Notes: generated by a model not told the origin, from the letters alone. DNA of 33,283 bases, filler included, from Ministeria vibrans ATCC 50519 (GCA_943704425.1; 3 parts of 3 records of this genome joined end to end with filler, not necessarily neighbours in it), one strand, 5' to 3'; shown: positions 14,644 through 28,298, counted from the whole stretch's first letter. A program made the numbers and translations.

Positions 14644-17600
14644 ATGGACACGCTTGCGGGCCGCTGCGAAGCAGAGGTTCAACGTATCCAGATCATGTTT
14701 TCCAATCAGAGTGACTTGCTTCACGACGTGTGTGTCAGTTTGGAGGATCTTGCGCGTTGCGTTCACGTCGCGTCCAACTTCCAAGACGTCCAGAAAGGCT
14801 CCAAGACACTCGAGCGTGCCGTGTTGCCCTGCATGATGCACCAGAACTTCACCTTCATGTGTGCCTTCAACGCCTTGCTCGTCGCCTTTCTGCAACGCCT
14901 CGACGCATTCGCGAACGACGCTTCAAGCGACGTCGAGAAGGCGCTTAAGCGACGCGACCGCCTGCTCGAGCCGCTGCGTGGCCACCCCGACGTGTATGCC
15001 AATGTCTGTGTGGCCTTGCTTCAGCCTAATCTACGCAGCGTCCACGTGGACGACCTGCAGCAACTCCTTTTCCTTCTGCGCACCGTAAGAGAGACCCTCA
15101 TACTAATAGTAAAATCGAGTACACAACAACACCCCTTTTGTCTTTTTTTTTTTCTCATGCAGACCGATCTTGCCAAGTGGGTCGGCTGGACCCACCATGG
15201 TAAAGTGAAGAATCTTCTAGCACTCTGGTTTCGCTACCTTGTGCCCCTCGTCATCGAGTCTGCGGAGATGCCAAACGGCAGCGACACGGAATTTGTTGGC
15301 AAAACTTGCATTGAGAACGAGACTGTCGCCTCGGTGCACTGGGCCGACGGTTGTGTCGACTCCCCGCCACGCCCTTACCAGCACCGGCTTGGCCGTGCCG
15401 AGCGAGGGCTTCTTCCACGTAGCGATGCTTCGCGCCAACTGCTCGAAAATGTCATGCTCGCCGACATGGACGCCTTCTGCAACAACGACCAACAGCTGAC
15501 GAGACTCCAGAAAATCGTGACGAACCCGCGCGTTCTCAAGTTTCCCTTGCTGCTCCGTGAGCGTCTCTTTGCCTTTTTACAATGGGTTGTCACCAATGGC
15601 ACCTCCTTGCTCGTCCAGAAGGCCATCGAGTGGCTCTGCACTCTCGAGACGGACCCAGTCATCGACTTTCCGCTCGATCTCTCAACAAAAATGCTCTCGC
15701 AGCTTGTCAAGCTGGGTGCTGCCGATGAGACCCCCGAGAGTGCGCGTGCCATCATCAAGGCGAAGCTAGTGACACTGTGCACAGAGACACGAGCGTCCGC
15801 CATTGCCGACGCTCTCCGTCCGCACGCCGCGCACTCGTCGAGTCTCGCGCTATCAGCGGCCGCTGAAGTCTCCGACGCGCAACGTTTTATTGTTGAAATG
15901 AATTCAGTTCTAATTGGCGTCGCCCCCGACGCCGTTGATCCTCTCAATGCGGCCTATCTGCTCTCGCTGCTCAGTCGCAATCGCGAGAACACAAGTGCCG
16001 CCTTTGGCGCGTCTCCTTTCTCCAACGCCATTCGCACTTGCCTGCGCCATGCCACGTTGAATCCCAAGGCGACTCTAGTGGCCAACGCTGTCATGTGGGC
16101 AGCGACAACACCTACCAGTGCGTGTCCGCGAAACCTTGTTGAGAGTGTTGCCAACGATGTTCTTGCCTCATCCAGGGCACTTCACTGTCTCGCCCACGAC
16201 CGCACCGTCGCCACCGAGACTTTGCCGCACCTACTTACACTCACGGCTCGCTCCCAACCGAACGATGAGTTGCGCTTGCACACACTCAAGTGCCTCGCTA
16301 TGGTCGTCGGCAAGCTGGCCGACGATATCGCCGCCAAAGTGCTCGCCAACGCAGCTGTTGTTGCCGTGCTCGTCTCAACGGCCGCCGAGCGTCGTCCCCC
16401 CATTGGCTTCCAAGAACAGCGCGACACTGCCGTGATCATCCTTGCGACTCTTGTTGCCTCACCTGCGACTCACTGCGACGATGCACTTGTTGAGCACTTT
16501 TGCGCAGGCGACTTTCCCATTGTCACTTCGCCTGCTCTTCTTGGCTCGCAGTGGCTCACGGTCCCCAGCAACTTTCGCAATCTCATCATCTTCTTGTGCC
16601 ATCGCAGCAGTCACACCACTCGTCTCTTGGTCGCGGCCGTCACCGAGAGACTCGCCGTCACCGAGAGCGCCAACGATCACTCATTGGCACCCCTCCTAGC
16701 GCTCTTGCTCAGTGCCCTCAAGGAAGACGTCGTGTACGCGCATGTCAAGGAGGCCCTGTACCTCGCGCTTCCTCGCCTCTTCCTTCTCATTTCCCATTCA
16801 AATCCGGCCGTCGCTCTCAACGCCGCTCGACTCGTTGCCTTCCTTCAACATTTTGATGTCAAGAGCACCCGCATCCTCATTGAGTCGCTCGATGTCTCTG
16901 GTCGCGCCGCTGCTTCCTCCGAGTCCGTGCGCGACAACACACACGAGTTGAACGTCAATGACTCTGTCTTTCTCAGCTCACCTTTGTCGTCCACCAACGG
17001 TTCAGACTCTCCACCCCGCAGCTATGCCACTCGCGTTGAGTACGAACACCTCGAGAAGCTTTCCGACATTCTCAAGCGCGCCGCCGAGAACAGAGTCGAT
17101 GCCATTCCACTTGTGCGCCAATGCCTTTCACGTCTCATTTCATTTGAGGACGCCGTCAAAGCGTCCTCGGACAACGCCCTAGAGGACACCAACGACCAAG
17201 CTGTCGCCAGTGGCCTTGTTCTCACCAAGACCACTCGCCACAATCTCAACAAGGTGCTCGACTCGGCTGATCAGTCTCGCTACCCAGTGCTGCTCGAGGG
17301 CGCCACGGGCGTTGGCAAGTCGGCCACCATTGGCGGGGCAGCGCGTGCTCGTGGCAAGAAGCTTCATCGCATGAACATGTCGTCGCGCATGACGCACGAC
17401 GACCTAGTAGGCCGTCTGGAGCTTATTGGCGACGCCTCCGGCAAGTGCTTTGTCTTTCGTCGCAGCAACTTCACGCTCGCCTTTGAGAGTGGCGACTTTC
17501 TCTTGCTTGATGAGCTCAACCTTGCGCCCGACGATGTTCTTCACTGCATTGAGGCTGCTCTTGACACAGGCAGTCTTAGTTTCTACGACTCTTCCGATGC

Positions 17601-19078
17601 TTTGGTAAGTTGGCAGGCTTTTTGCGCTACTTTTTTCATCTATATAGATGCGTTTGTGACTCGCGACTGATATTTTCTCTTTTCATGGATCAACAGCAAC
17701 CGTACAAGACGGTGACGCGCGGCGAGTCCTTTCGCTTGTTTGCCACCCAAAACCCTGCCACAGGTTTTTTCAAGGGTGCACGCGAGCCTCTTTCGCAGTC
17801 CTTTCTTGACCGCTTTACGCCACTTGTCTTTGAGGAACTGCCAGCAGACGAGTGGGTGAGCATTGTGGCGTCGAAGATGCAGAATATTAGCGATCAGAAG
17901 TTGGCACTTGATATTGCTACGCAGATGCAGATGTTGCATAGCTTCATCGCTAGCAAGCTGCGCGACACCGAGCAACCCTTTCCCGAGCGAGCCGGCTACA
18001 CCGAGGTATCACATCCTTTTATATTTGTCGCTAAAAAAAAATTATTATTATAATATTTAATTATATAATATCTTGATCCATATTCTTTGTTCTGGCTCAT
18101 CATAGGTTTCTATTCGTGAACTTATCAAGTGGGCAATGCATGTGAACGAGATTGCCCTGAACGCACCGTCGATTCTCGACGCATCTCTGCCAAGTGTACT
18201 TGCTTCTGAGGCATGGGCCGTGTACGGGGCGCGTTTCCGTACGCCAGCCGCTCAACAAAACCTCGCCAAGCTTATTGTTGCCGCGTGGAACCCACCGCGG
18301 AAGAGCTGGCCCGAGACGTCTTTCATCACGCACGCTCTGGCGCCGGCTAAGGCGCCCCTTTTTGAGTTTACTCTCAATCGAGACACCTTTCTAGTGGGCG
18401 CTGTAGGTGACCCAACTGCTCGTGTCATGGAAACGCGCGTGCCCGAGCGCATTCAGCTTGCACTCCAGTTTACTTTGGATCAACAGGTTGATGTGTCGCC
18501 TCGACTTACCAACCAGTCCGAGTGGCTCCAACGTGTCCGTCAGTGTCAGGCGGACATTATTGGACTTGTTGTCAAGGAAAACTTTGTCCGGCAACACGGT
18601 CTCTACATGCCGACCAACGAGTGGATCTACCTGTGGCTTCGCACCGCATCCGACGCGCGTCTTTACCCCAACTGTTTTGCGTCTTCTCGTCAAATGGAGG
18701 TCTTTGCTCGAATCGGTGCGTCGTTGTACGCCTCACGATTCCGCCACGAGACTGCGCGCATCGATGTCTTTGAGATTTTTCAGCGGACCTTTGGACTGAA
18801 CGTGTCGATTTCGCTGCGTGACGATGCTCTCATGCAACAGTCTCTGCCGGACGTTCCCTTTGTGTTCACACAAAGTGCCCTCGCCGTGTGTCAGCTCGTT
18901 CTTCGTGCCCTGCGCATTCCCCAACCGATTCTCATTGTGGGCGACGAGGGGTGTGGCAAGTCGGAATTGGTGCGTGCACTTGCCTGGCTTATGGCCAAGG
19001 ACCTCAACCATTGTTCCCGTAAGAATTTTCATTTGTCCTCTATCCTTCATCCCTCATGCATATGATTCATTATAATTA

Positions 19079-19136
<58 letters not shown>

Positions 19137-19180
19137 CATTATTACTTGTATTATGTTATGTTATAGTAATTATTATTCTC

Positions 19181-19213
<33 letters not shown>

Positions 19214-20826
19214 GACAATAGTCACTCCCGATACGGAACCATCACAACTTATTGGGCAGCTGGCGCCATCGGACAGCGCAGAGGGTCGCGCTGAAATCAA
19301 GTGGCAGCCTGGGCCGGTACACATTGCCTTTGAAAAGGGCAACTGGGTACTGCTTGACAACCTGTCGCAGGCCGAGGGCACTGTACTCGAGCGACTTAAC
19401 CCACTGCTCGAACAACCGTCGACGCTGCTGCTCCTTGAGAGAGGTGACAAGGAGGAACTCGTGTGTGGCAAGGGCTACACCTTCGTTGCCACCATGACTC
19501 CCAACGACTTCACGGCGACCACCGCTGCAGGTGCGGCTTCCACCAGCAATGAGCTTTCGCCGGCACTCGCGAACCGCCTTACCACCATCTACATGACTGC
19601 GCCTCAGCGCTCCAAGAACAAATACATCGCACCACGGTTCATTCCAGAGCTCATGGACATTGCCGTGCGTCTCTTGCCATCGAGCATTGCCAAAAGCGAT
19701 GTCACACTGCTTGAGGCGCTCTGCACAACGCTACACGGCTTCTTCACGAAGCCACAGCACTACAAGCTCGGCTCGAGTATCACAATGCGCAACTACGTGC
19801 GCATGATTGACTGTGCGCTCCACTTGCAGCCTCGCGATGGTCCGCTCGCGCCGCGCTTCTGGACTGCGTTCATCACTGTGTTCCATTCGCAGATGAAGGT
19901 TGAGCGCGCGGCGCAGCGTACCGAGGCCGACCTTCTCTATGCAGAGGTTGCCAAGGTATTTGGCGCAGAGGTGCCCGCGGGTGCGCAGCAATTGGATCAG
20001 TCGACATTGCGCAATGGCCAGCATGTGCTCACCCCGTCGCGTCTCGTTCAGGCCGAGAGTGTGCTCGGTTGTATTGCCTGTGGCGCTCCCGTCTTGCTCG
20101 AGGGTCCGGCTGCTGTTGGAAAAACGTCTCTAGTGGATGCCCTTGCCGCTTTTTACGACTCGCGTCTCGAGCGCGTCAACCTCACCGACACGACGACTCT
20201 CCAAGACTTTTTCGGCTCGTGGGTCCTCATTGCAGGTGTGTTTGTATTTCAGGAGGGCAAGTTGCTCAAGGCGATGCAGGAGGGCCTTTGGTTCCTTGCT
20301 GACGAGTTCAATTTGGCGCCACCCGCCGTCCTCAACGTGCTCTTTCCGCTCCTTGAGGGCCAACGCACCTTTGTGCTGCCCACGACCAACAAAGTCGTTG
20401 CCGTGCATCCCAAGTTCCGTTTTTTTGCCACGCAAAATGACTCGTCGTACGCCAATCGACACCGCCTTCCCATTGCGCTGCGCAATCGCTTCCTCGAAGT
20501 CCAAGTGAGCGATTTTCCTCTCGAGGAGCTCCCCGACATCATCATGAAGCGTCGTGACAACCGTCTTGCCACGGGCACCCAGTCTCTCGTCTCGAAGGAG
20601 ACTGCCATGCGTCTCGCCAAACTCTACGACAACCTGCGCAAAACTCGCCAGCGTATTACCATGCGAGAGCTCATGAAATGGGTTCGTCGTATGTCGCAAT
20701 TTCATGTAAGAAAAGAAACTTAAACAATAATAATAAAAATTTTATCATTATTATACTAATAATAATAATAATAATTATTATTATTATTATAATTATTATT
20801 AATTATTTTTATTATTATAATAATTA

Positions 20827-20897
<71 letters not shown>

Positions 20898-23530
20898 TAT
20901 ACTCACTGTGTTGTATTTCTTCTTAGGCTTTTCAGTCGACTGCTCCATGGCACGTTGTGGGCTTTTCGTTGCTCTCGAGCCGCTACTCTCCCGACACGCC
21001 CGGCTATGCGACACTACTCGATGCCTTCTCGCACGTCGACGGCTGGTCCGACCTCAGGCAATTCTTGGGCCCTGAGGGTCTCATGCACGCACTAGCATTC
21101 AATGAGGACGGTCTTGTGGCCTCCATGGGACGGTACTCTCTTCCACTGCTCTCCAAGTCTGCAATGACATCGCAACAGCTCACCTTTGAGCGGTCTGCTC
21201 TGCTGAGCAACTACACCAGTCTGCCTTCCAAGTTTCGCAATGCCTTTGCCAAGCTGTGTCTGGCAGTGCACTTCCGCGAGCCCGTCCTTCTAGTGGGCCC
21301 CGCCTCGTTCAAGTCGACACTGGTGCGCGCCTTTTGTGAGCTACACGGTCTTTCTTCCGATCTCATCAAGGTGTTTCTCACACCTGACACGGAGACAACC
21401 GATCTTGTCGGAGAGATTTCCCCTGTCTCTTTCCAGGAGGTTGTGAAGCGTGTTGTCCCACTGGCGCAAGCCGCACGTCATCGCGCTACGCTTCTGTACA
21501 CGCATGGCGAGAGCAACTCGGGCGCTCGCATCGCGCTCTCGTTCCAATCTCTTGAAGAACTGCTCCCACAGCTTGAGGAAGCCATCATGAACTACCTGAA
21601 GCTCCTCAAAGAGCACGCGAGTGACATGGAGAGTCGCGCTTGTGAGGAGACTATTTTGCAAGACACAGCGCCGCTAGCATCCGAAGTAGCCTTGCTTATG
21701 CCTGTTGAGGACGGTGAAGACGACCTTCAACGTGAACAGTGTGGCCGACAGTGTCAGGCGCTTGATGAAGACTTCTCCGACGAGGAGACCTACGTTCCAC
21801 CAACATGCGACATGATGGACGATTTTGACGACGAATTTTCAAGCGAGGACAGCTCAGAGCAGCCTGCCAACAACACCTTTTCCAATCAGTGGCAATTTGA
21901 TGCACGCTCCAGAAGTAGCAGTAGCAGCAGCGATGGGAGCGTCAGCATCGAAGGAAAGAGCAACAAAGATGCGTCTTCAAAGAAAGTGAAGAAGGTGCAG
22001 GTGAGTGTGGTTGCCGCTGAGTCCTTCAGTAGCGATAGCGAAGAGGAACCTGTCGACCGCAGCAGTGCTACCCGCTCGGTGCAGTCCTCTTTTGTTCACC
22101 CGCTCGACCTTTTGAGTGACGGAGAGTTTACGCCCAAGACAAATGTTGCTGCGACGGAAGCTGACCAGTCGCTGGCATTGTTACGGGAGACTCTTCTGGC
22201 AGCTCAGGCGCAGGAGAAGGCGGAAGAGCGCGCCAGTGCCGAGCGTCTTCCCCCAACAGACATGCTTAAGATGCTTTTGACGCGTGTCACGGAGACTCTG
22301 AACGCTCTCAGTGAGGGGGACGTGTCGAAAGATGAAGTGCTTGTGTCGCTCATGAAGGAACTGTGCTGGTCACGCACAACGATTGTCGATTGTGTCGACT
22401 CGACTCAGCCGAGTTTTCGATTCAAGGAGGGTCCCGTTGCACGCGCTGCCAAGCGTTCCGCTCCCGTCTTCCTCGAGGACTTTGATGCGCCCAGCCAGGC
22501 CGTCACGGAGCGTCTCAACTCGCTGCTCGAACCCGATCCTTCGCTCAACATCACCGAAGACATTGTGAGCCCGCTCACCAACATTCCTCTCCTTCCCGGC
22601 TTCCAAATGTTTGCCTCGATCCACCAAGACTCGGCGGCCCAGCCACTCAAGGTCAGTCCGGCCACGCTGTCGCGCTTCACCGTCATTGGCGCACCTGCCT
22701 ATACCGACGACGAAATCCAGAGCCTCCTGTTACGCAGTCTGAACGAGCGCAGTTTGAAAGTGCCTTTGGCGGAGCTTGACCAGGCGCTCTGCCATGTGTT
22801 TCACCCCGAAGGACTTCGCCTCGGTCTCCACAAGCAAAAGCCGACTGTTGCCCGTGCCAATGATATTCACCAGCTTTTTCGCCTTGGCGACTTTGTTGCG
22901 CGCTCTGTGTCCCACCTGGACGTGAGCGAGCGTGTCTGCTTGGCCCTGAAGAACTTCATTTTTGACGAGTTCACAACCGAAGAACAAGTTCACATCGTGA
23001 GCCGGTGGTGGAACGACCTTGGCAATGGTATGGGCGAGAACCCGCACTTGCGCCTTTTTCAACATCCCGATGCAGACATTTGCAATGAGCCCGTCACCAT
23101 TTGCAACAACGGCTACTATCGTTTCGTCTACGGTGGCTGTTACGTCAAGCCTCCAACCCTTGGTGACGCTGCTGAGTTGACGACGGCGGCCAACACTGAT
23201 TCTGCTCAATGGGACGTTGACCCGCAGAGCACGTTCCAGGTGAACCGACGGTTGACCGTGTGTAAAACGCCGACGTTTGTTGCAAATCTGTCGCGCATTG
23301 CTGTTGCCATGGTCAGTGATGCTCCGTTGCTGCTTGAAGGACCGCCAGGCATTGGCAAGACGCGTGTTGTTGAGGAGGCCGCCAAGCTGTTTGGTGTGGA
23401 GTGTGAGCGCATCAATTTTAGCGGCAGCACAACCCTCAGTCAGCTCGTTGGTAGCATCATGCCTGTTGCGTCACCCGATGGAGTCCGGATGTTTCGATGG
23501 GAGGACGGCAAAATGGTTCAGGCTATCAAG
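14644..23530 (+). CDS. Midasin/Rea1-like giant tandem AAA+ ATPase (MoxR/dynein-related clade), truncated in AAA5. Exons approx. 14644-15084, 15163-17604, 17697-18005, 18106-19018, 19222-20705, 20927-23530; true start uncertain
   Basis: Five Walker A sites (GATGVGKS 17299, GDEGCGKS 18940, GPAAVGKT 20103, GPASFKS 21296, GPPGIGKT 23339); Walker B-like LLLDELNLA, WVLLDNL, WFLADEFNLA, VFLEDFD; FRLFATQNP / FRFFATQN; ERLNxLLE; xSxRELxKW. Introns are GT-AG and phase-compatible. Confidence 0.88.
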
Positions 23531-23542
23531 GTAAAAAAGTAA

Positions 23543-23543
23543 A

Positions 23544-23622
<79 letters not shown>

Positions 23623-23745
23623 TAATAATAATAATAAAATAATAATAATAATAATATTAATAATAATAATAATAATAATATTATTAATAATAATAATATT
23701 AATAATAAAATAAAATAATTATTATGATTATTATTATTACTATCA
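23543..23745. repeat. (AAT)n microsatellite then short (ATT)n; probable mis-assembly junction
   Basis: Separates the AAA gene donor (23531) from an acceptor (23749) of an unrelated coding sequence in a different phase. Confidence 0.85.
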
Positions 23746-23749
23746 TTAG

Positions 23750-26129
23750 ATTGAAGCTGCGGGTCAAGGCATGCAAGACACAGTTCCATGTACAAGAAGC
23801 AGTGAGCGCCGAGGAGGATGCGCTCGGTCAACAGATCGACGACGAGGACGATCAACAGCAACTGGGTGGTCGCAGTGTCGACCTGTCGACCGTGGCTCAG
23901 CCACGCAGCAGCACGATCCTCCAGACTGTGCCCAACGTCACGATCAATAACGCACAGCGCCAGCAACAAGAAGAACATCAACAACAAGAAGAACAGCAGG
24001 TACCGTGCACTCCGGCCGAGCTCCAGCAAGACGCGCAGGCTAGCGCTGACGCAGCGCTTGCAACAAACGCTTCGCCCAACTCTCAGCCTGTGCAAGCCGT
24101 ATCCAGCTACCAACAACATCCCATTGCCGTTGAAAGCGTCCGCGAGGGCGCCGGCGGCGCCGTTCCCACAGTCTCATCGCCCGAGCCCGTCATGGACAAC
24201 ATTGTTCCTTTGCCCACGCCCATGGACACCTCTTCGGACGTCGATGTGCAGGGCGAATGCACAAAGCTCTCAAAGCGTGTAACAGCTCGCCATCACCGCA
24301 ATGCCTTGCCACCCGCCGTCGACACTGTACCCATCCAAGAGGTCATCAAGTGCATTTGTACCATCAACAACGAGGTGACCAAGAGAAACCAAAGCAAATA
24401 ATTAATGGAAGATTCCCAGCGTTTTACAATTAAATTGTTTTCGCGATGATTGTTTCTCCAGGAGCAGTGCAATACTATGGTCCAGTGCAGCACTTGCGAT
24501 GCTTGGAGTCATACTGTGTGCTACGGCTTTTTTAATCCATCTATCGTGCCAGACGTTTTCCAGTGCTTCTTCTGTTCATCCAAGTACGATTGCGTAAAGT
24601 TTACGAGCACCTCAATAATAAGACTCGTTAAATTCTAAAATTATTTATTATTCTAAAATTCTACTAATTATAATAATAATCGTTTGCAATTTAGAACGGA
24701 GGAGCCGTCATTTATGCTTCCAACGGCACTTTGGCGTCTGACTTTGTCTGAGGCGTCTACAGTGACTGCAATTAACAGCAAATTTCTCCGCCAAAAGTTG
24801 ACGGACAAAATACCGAATGTGACCGTAGAAAATGCAGAGCAGCTTGCTGATTCGCTGATGGATCAACTGATGGAAGAGGTGATCAATATTAATAATGATA
24901 ATAATTTTTTATTTTTATTATGATTATAAAAGGGGGCCAAAAACCCCCCGAACTGATACTACTGTTGTTGATTTAACTATTATTCTGATTGATGTTTTAC
25001 GTCTTATTATAAAAATAACTATATAACGTACTAATTTTAATTATTAATATATAGAGGCTTGTATCGCAGCGCATTGATCGCGACGGAAAGTACAAGACAA
25101 GCAAAAAGGCCATCAAGCTGTTCATATCTGGTATGTGTCTTCCCTGCGCCACTACGTCGACGTAAGATCTAGAACACCCTCAAAAACGAGAATACAGAAC
25201 TGAACACATCCCAGTCGCTATTCTACCCCCAAACCCAGTCATGATCAATCTCGAGCTCGTCGCACCATCCCCAGTCGTGATCGGGCGCCTACTGACGACG
25301 TTGCAGTCGACGATGTCGCCAACCAGCTGAAGGCACAATCGCTATCCATTTCAAAAAAATCACAGGTATACGTATTCCCTCACTACTATTTTTCCTATTG
25401 TTACAATTATTATTAATGTAGCTGTTGATTATGAAGCTATGAAAATCAATTCTAATAATAATAATAATATTGATAATAATAATAGTAATTATTATTATTA
25501 TTATTATTGTTATTATTGTTATTATTATTGTTATTATTGTTATTATTATTATTGTTATTATTATTATTATTATTGTTATTATTGTTATTATTGTTATTAT
25601 TATTATTATTATTATCATTATTATTATTATTATATTATTATTGTTATTATTGTTATTATGTTATTGTTATTATTGTTATTATTGTTATTATTATTATTGT
25701 TATTATTATTATTATTATTATTCTTATTATTATTATAATAATATTATTGTTATTATTATTATTATTGTTATTATTATTATTATTATTATTAGGAATTAAA
25801 ATGGGTTGTATTCTTCTTCGTCTACTATTATTTAAATCGGTTGTATTCTTCTTCTATTATTTATTTTGTAGGTGTTCTCTCCTGCCATGAAATCGGCTAC
25901 TCGAAGCTACAAGGGCGCAAGCAAGCGTAAGCGCAAGCAGGACGACAGCGAAAGCGCGACGACCGAGTGGGCGCCTACACTGCCTCCGGCCCTGGCCAAG
26001 GCAGCCGTCGAAAATGACGACAGCCAAGACGCTTTTGAAACCGCCGAACAACCCTTGGCCGAGTCGTCCGCTCTTCATCGCTCCAAACGTCTCAAGTCAT
26101 CTGTGGCCAAGAAAAACATCCGTGTCTGA
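23750..26129 (+). CDS. HOP1: Hop1/HORMAD-like meiotic chromosome axis protein, 3' part (end of HORMA, linker, PHD, winged-helix-like region, C-terminal closure-like motif). Exons approx. 23750-24374, 24462-24583, 24695-24878, 25055-25365 (internal splicing uncertain), 25872-26129
   Basis: Spliced PHD KCICTINNE|EQCNTMVQCSTCDAWSHTVCYGF...FQCFFC with the HxxCYGF signature seen in fungal Hop1. It is followed by a helical segment (FLRQKL..LADSLMDQLMEE|RLV) and the basic terminus KRLKSSVAKKNIRV. The leading LKLRVKA resembles the last HORMA strand. The HORMA domain itself is not in view. Confidence 0.68.
25453..25790. repeat. Intronic (AAT)n followed by long (ATT/GTT)n microsatellite
   Basis: Direct sequence; source of the spurious poly-I/L/Y ORFs. 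Confidence 0.95.
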
Positions 26130-26354
26130 CAACGCAAATTAAAAGTACTAGTGTGTGCAACAAAAGTTATTATTATTTTAATTAAACAGTCAACATAAAA
26201 GAAAATAAATTAAGAATCATGATTGTTATAATCAATTTGATCGATAATTTATTACATATAGCTAGTGCAAGCAATCTTTTATCAATAACCTTGCGGGATT
26301 AATATTATAAAAAATTTTACTAATTTCCTCATGTACACCTTTGGCTTGATCACA

Positions 26355-27289
26355 CTATTGTGCGATTCGCTGGGTCGTGACAATGTGCGCGGCCTCCAAA
26401 CGCACTTCGGGCACACCGGCAGGCCGTCGCACTCGCTCGTCGCCTACAGGCACAGCCAGCGGCACATTCGTACGCCCATTCACCACCAACAATGAATTGT
26501 TCTGAGACAACACCTGCGAAGTAATTTGCAGAGGATAAACATAAACATTGGTAGCAGCATGAGAACACAAAATATATTAATCCTACCTCTTCGTTTACAC
26601 TCAGACCATCGAGATACTGCTTAAGAAGCCGTTTGAGGTCCTCATTCTCTTCGCGCAAAAGCTGTCGCTCACGGTCCAGCGCCAGTTTGTCCAACGTCGC
26701 TTTGTTGTAGCGTTTCCAGAAACCGTCAAGCGCCGAGTACTGATCGACGGGCGCACCTGTCTCTGGCTCACGCAGCACCGCATGCGTACCGCCGCACTCA
26801 TTCAACAACACCGGTCGCACTCCCTCTGGCAACGTACTCAGCACATCCGGCTCGGCGCCAGAGGCACACTCTTCCTTTTCGTCCGTGGTGCGCTCTACCT
26901 CCTCATCCAGTTCGTCCCCGCTAAGTACACTCTCTCGGTAAAACGGCATCACCAGCTCCTCCTCTGCCTCCAGTCGTTGGTTCATTTCGGCTAGTCGCAA
27001 CAGTCGCACTGCTTTGTCCAGCTTGGCTTGCATCGTTTTCTGCGCTGCGTCACAGCGCACCGACAGCCGCGTGAGTCGCGCACGCTCACTCTCTCGCAGC
27101 TGCACCGTCCGCTTCTTCACTGTCTGATACTCACGTGACAGATCTTTCTTTCTCGCCTCAAGCACTGCCGTCTTGCGCTCGCCCTCTCGCGTCACCGCAT
27201 TCAGGCGGCCCTTCACCTCACTCAACTAAATTTTTTAATAATAATAATAGTAATAATAATAATAAGAAATAAAAAAATTAACAATAGAG

Positions 27290-27334
<45 letters not shown>

Positions 27335-27358
27335 TAATAATAATAATAATAATAATAA

Positions 27359-27414
<56 letters not shown>

Positions 27415-28205
27415 TAATTAGTATTATCCAAGTCTTCAGGTGTGCCCAGCCAGAAAAACATTAAAAAAGATGCCCAAAAAAACTTGCGTTTTTGATTTAA
27501 TTATTACCTGCTCGTGCAGTCCACGCAGCTGCTTTGTCTGCTGCGCAATGGCTTTGGACGTGACTCGGTCTCGTTCACGTAAGTCATCAAATTCCCGTCG
27601 TCCGTCTTGCGTGCTTGCATTGTACGCTTCCAACTCACGTGAGAACACCTGTCGCAAATTTGCAATGCGTTTACCCAGTTCCTTCTCCACCTCCTGTCGA
27701 CTCTCCAGATGTGTGTTTGCCAACTCATCCTTCATCTCCTGATGCCCTTCTCGTTTCTCTGCCATCACCTGTTCGTGTTCCCTTCGCATTCCGTACGATA
27801 TCTCCCGCAACAGCTGTTTATGGCCCCTGCGACTCTCCATCAGTCGCTCCCTACCCATGAAACAAGATAAGATAATTATTTTAATAATGATGTAATAATG
27901 CTTATTAATATAATAATGAAGACGTGAAAAAAGAAGAGAATAAATATAATCCAAACAATGCAAAAATCGAATGACCAATCTTAATAGAATTATATCAACT
28001 TTGTTACGTTTCCTCGCGAAAGTCTTCCTTGAGCTCCTCCAGTTCCTCTTCACACAGCTCTTCCAAATTAGCCACTCGCTCATGTTGTATTTCCATCAGT
28101 TCATCCACATTCTACAGCCACAAAAGAAAATTTACTGCATCTTAATAATATAATAATAATAATTAATAATAATTATTTATTATTATTATTATTATTATTA
28201 GTATT

Positions 28206-28298
<93 letters not shown>

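Noticed and set aside
23531-23749. Genuine AAA-ATPase/PHD fusion protein
   Set aside because: Splice phases are incompatible and AAA5 is incomplete
25289-25890. Poly-I/L/Y/N ORFs (also 19079-19294, 20678-21014, 27222-27461)
   Set aside because: They are translations of intronic AAT/ATT microsatellites
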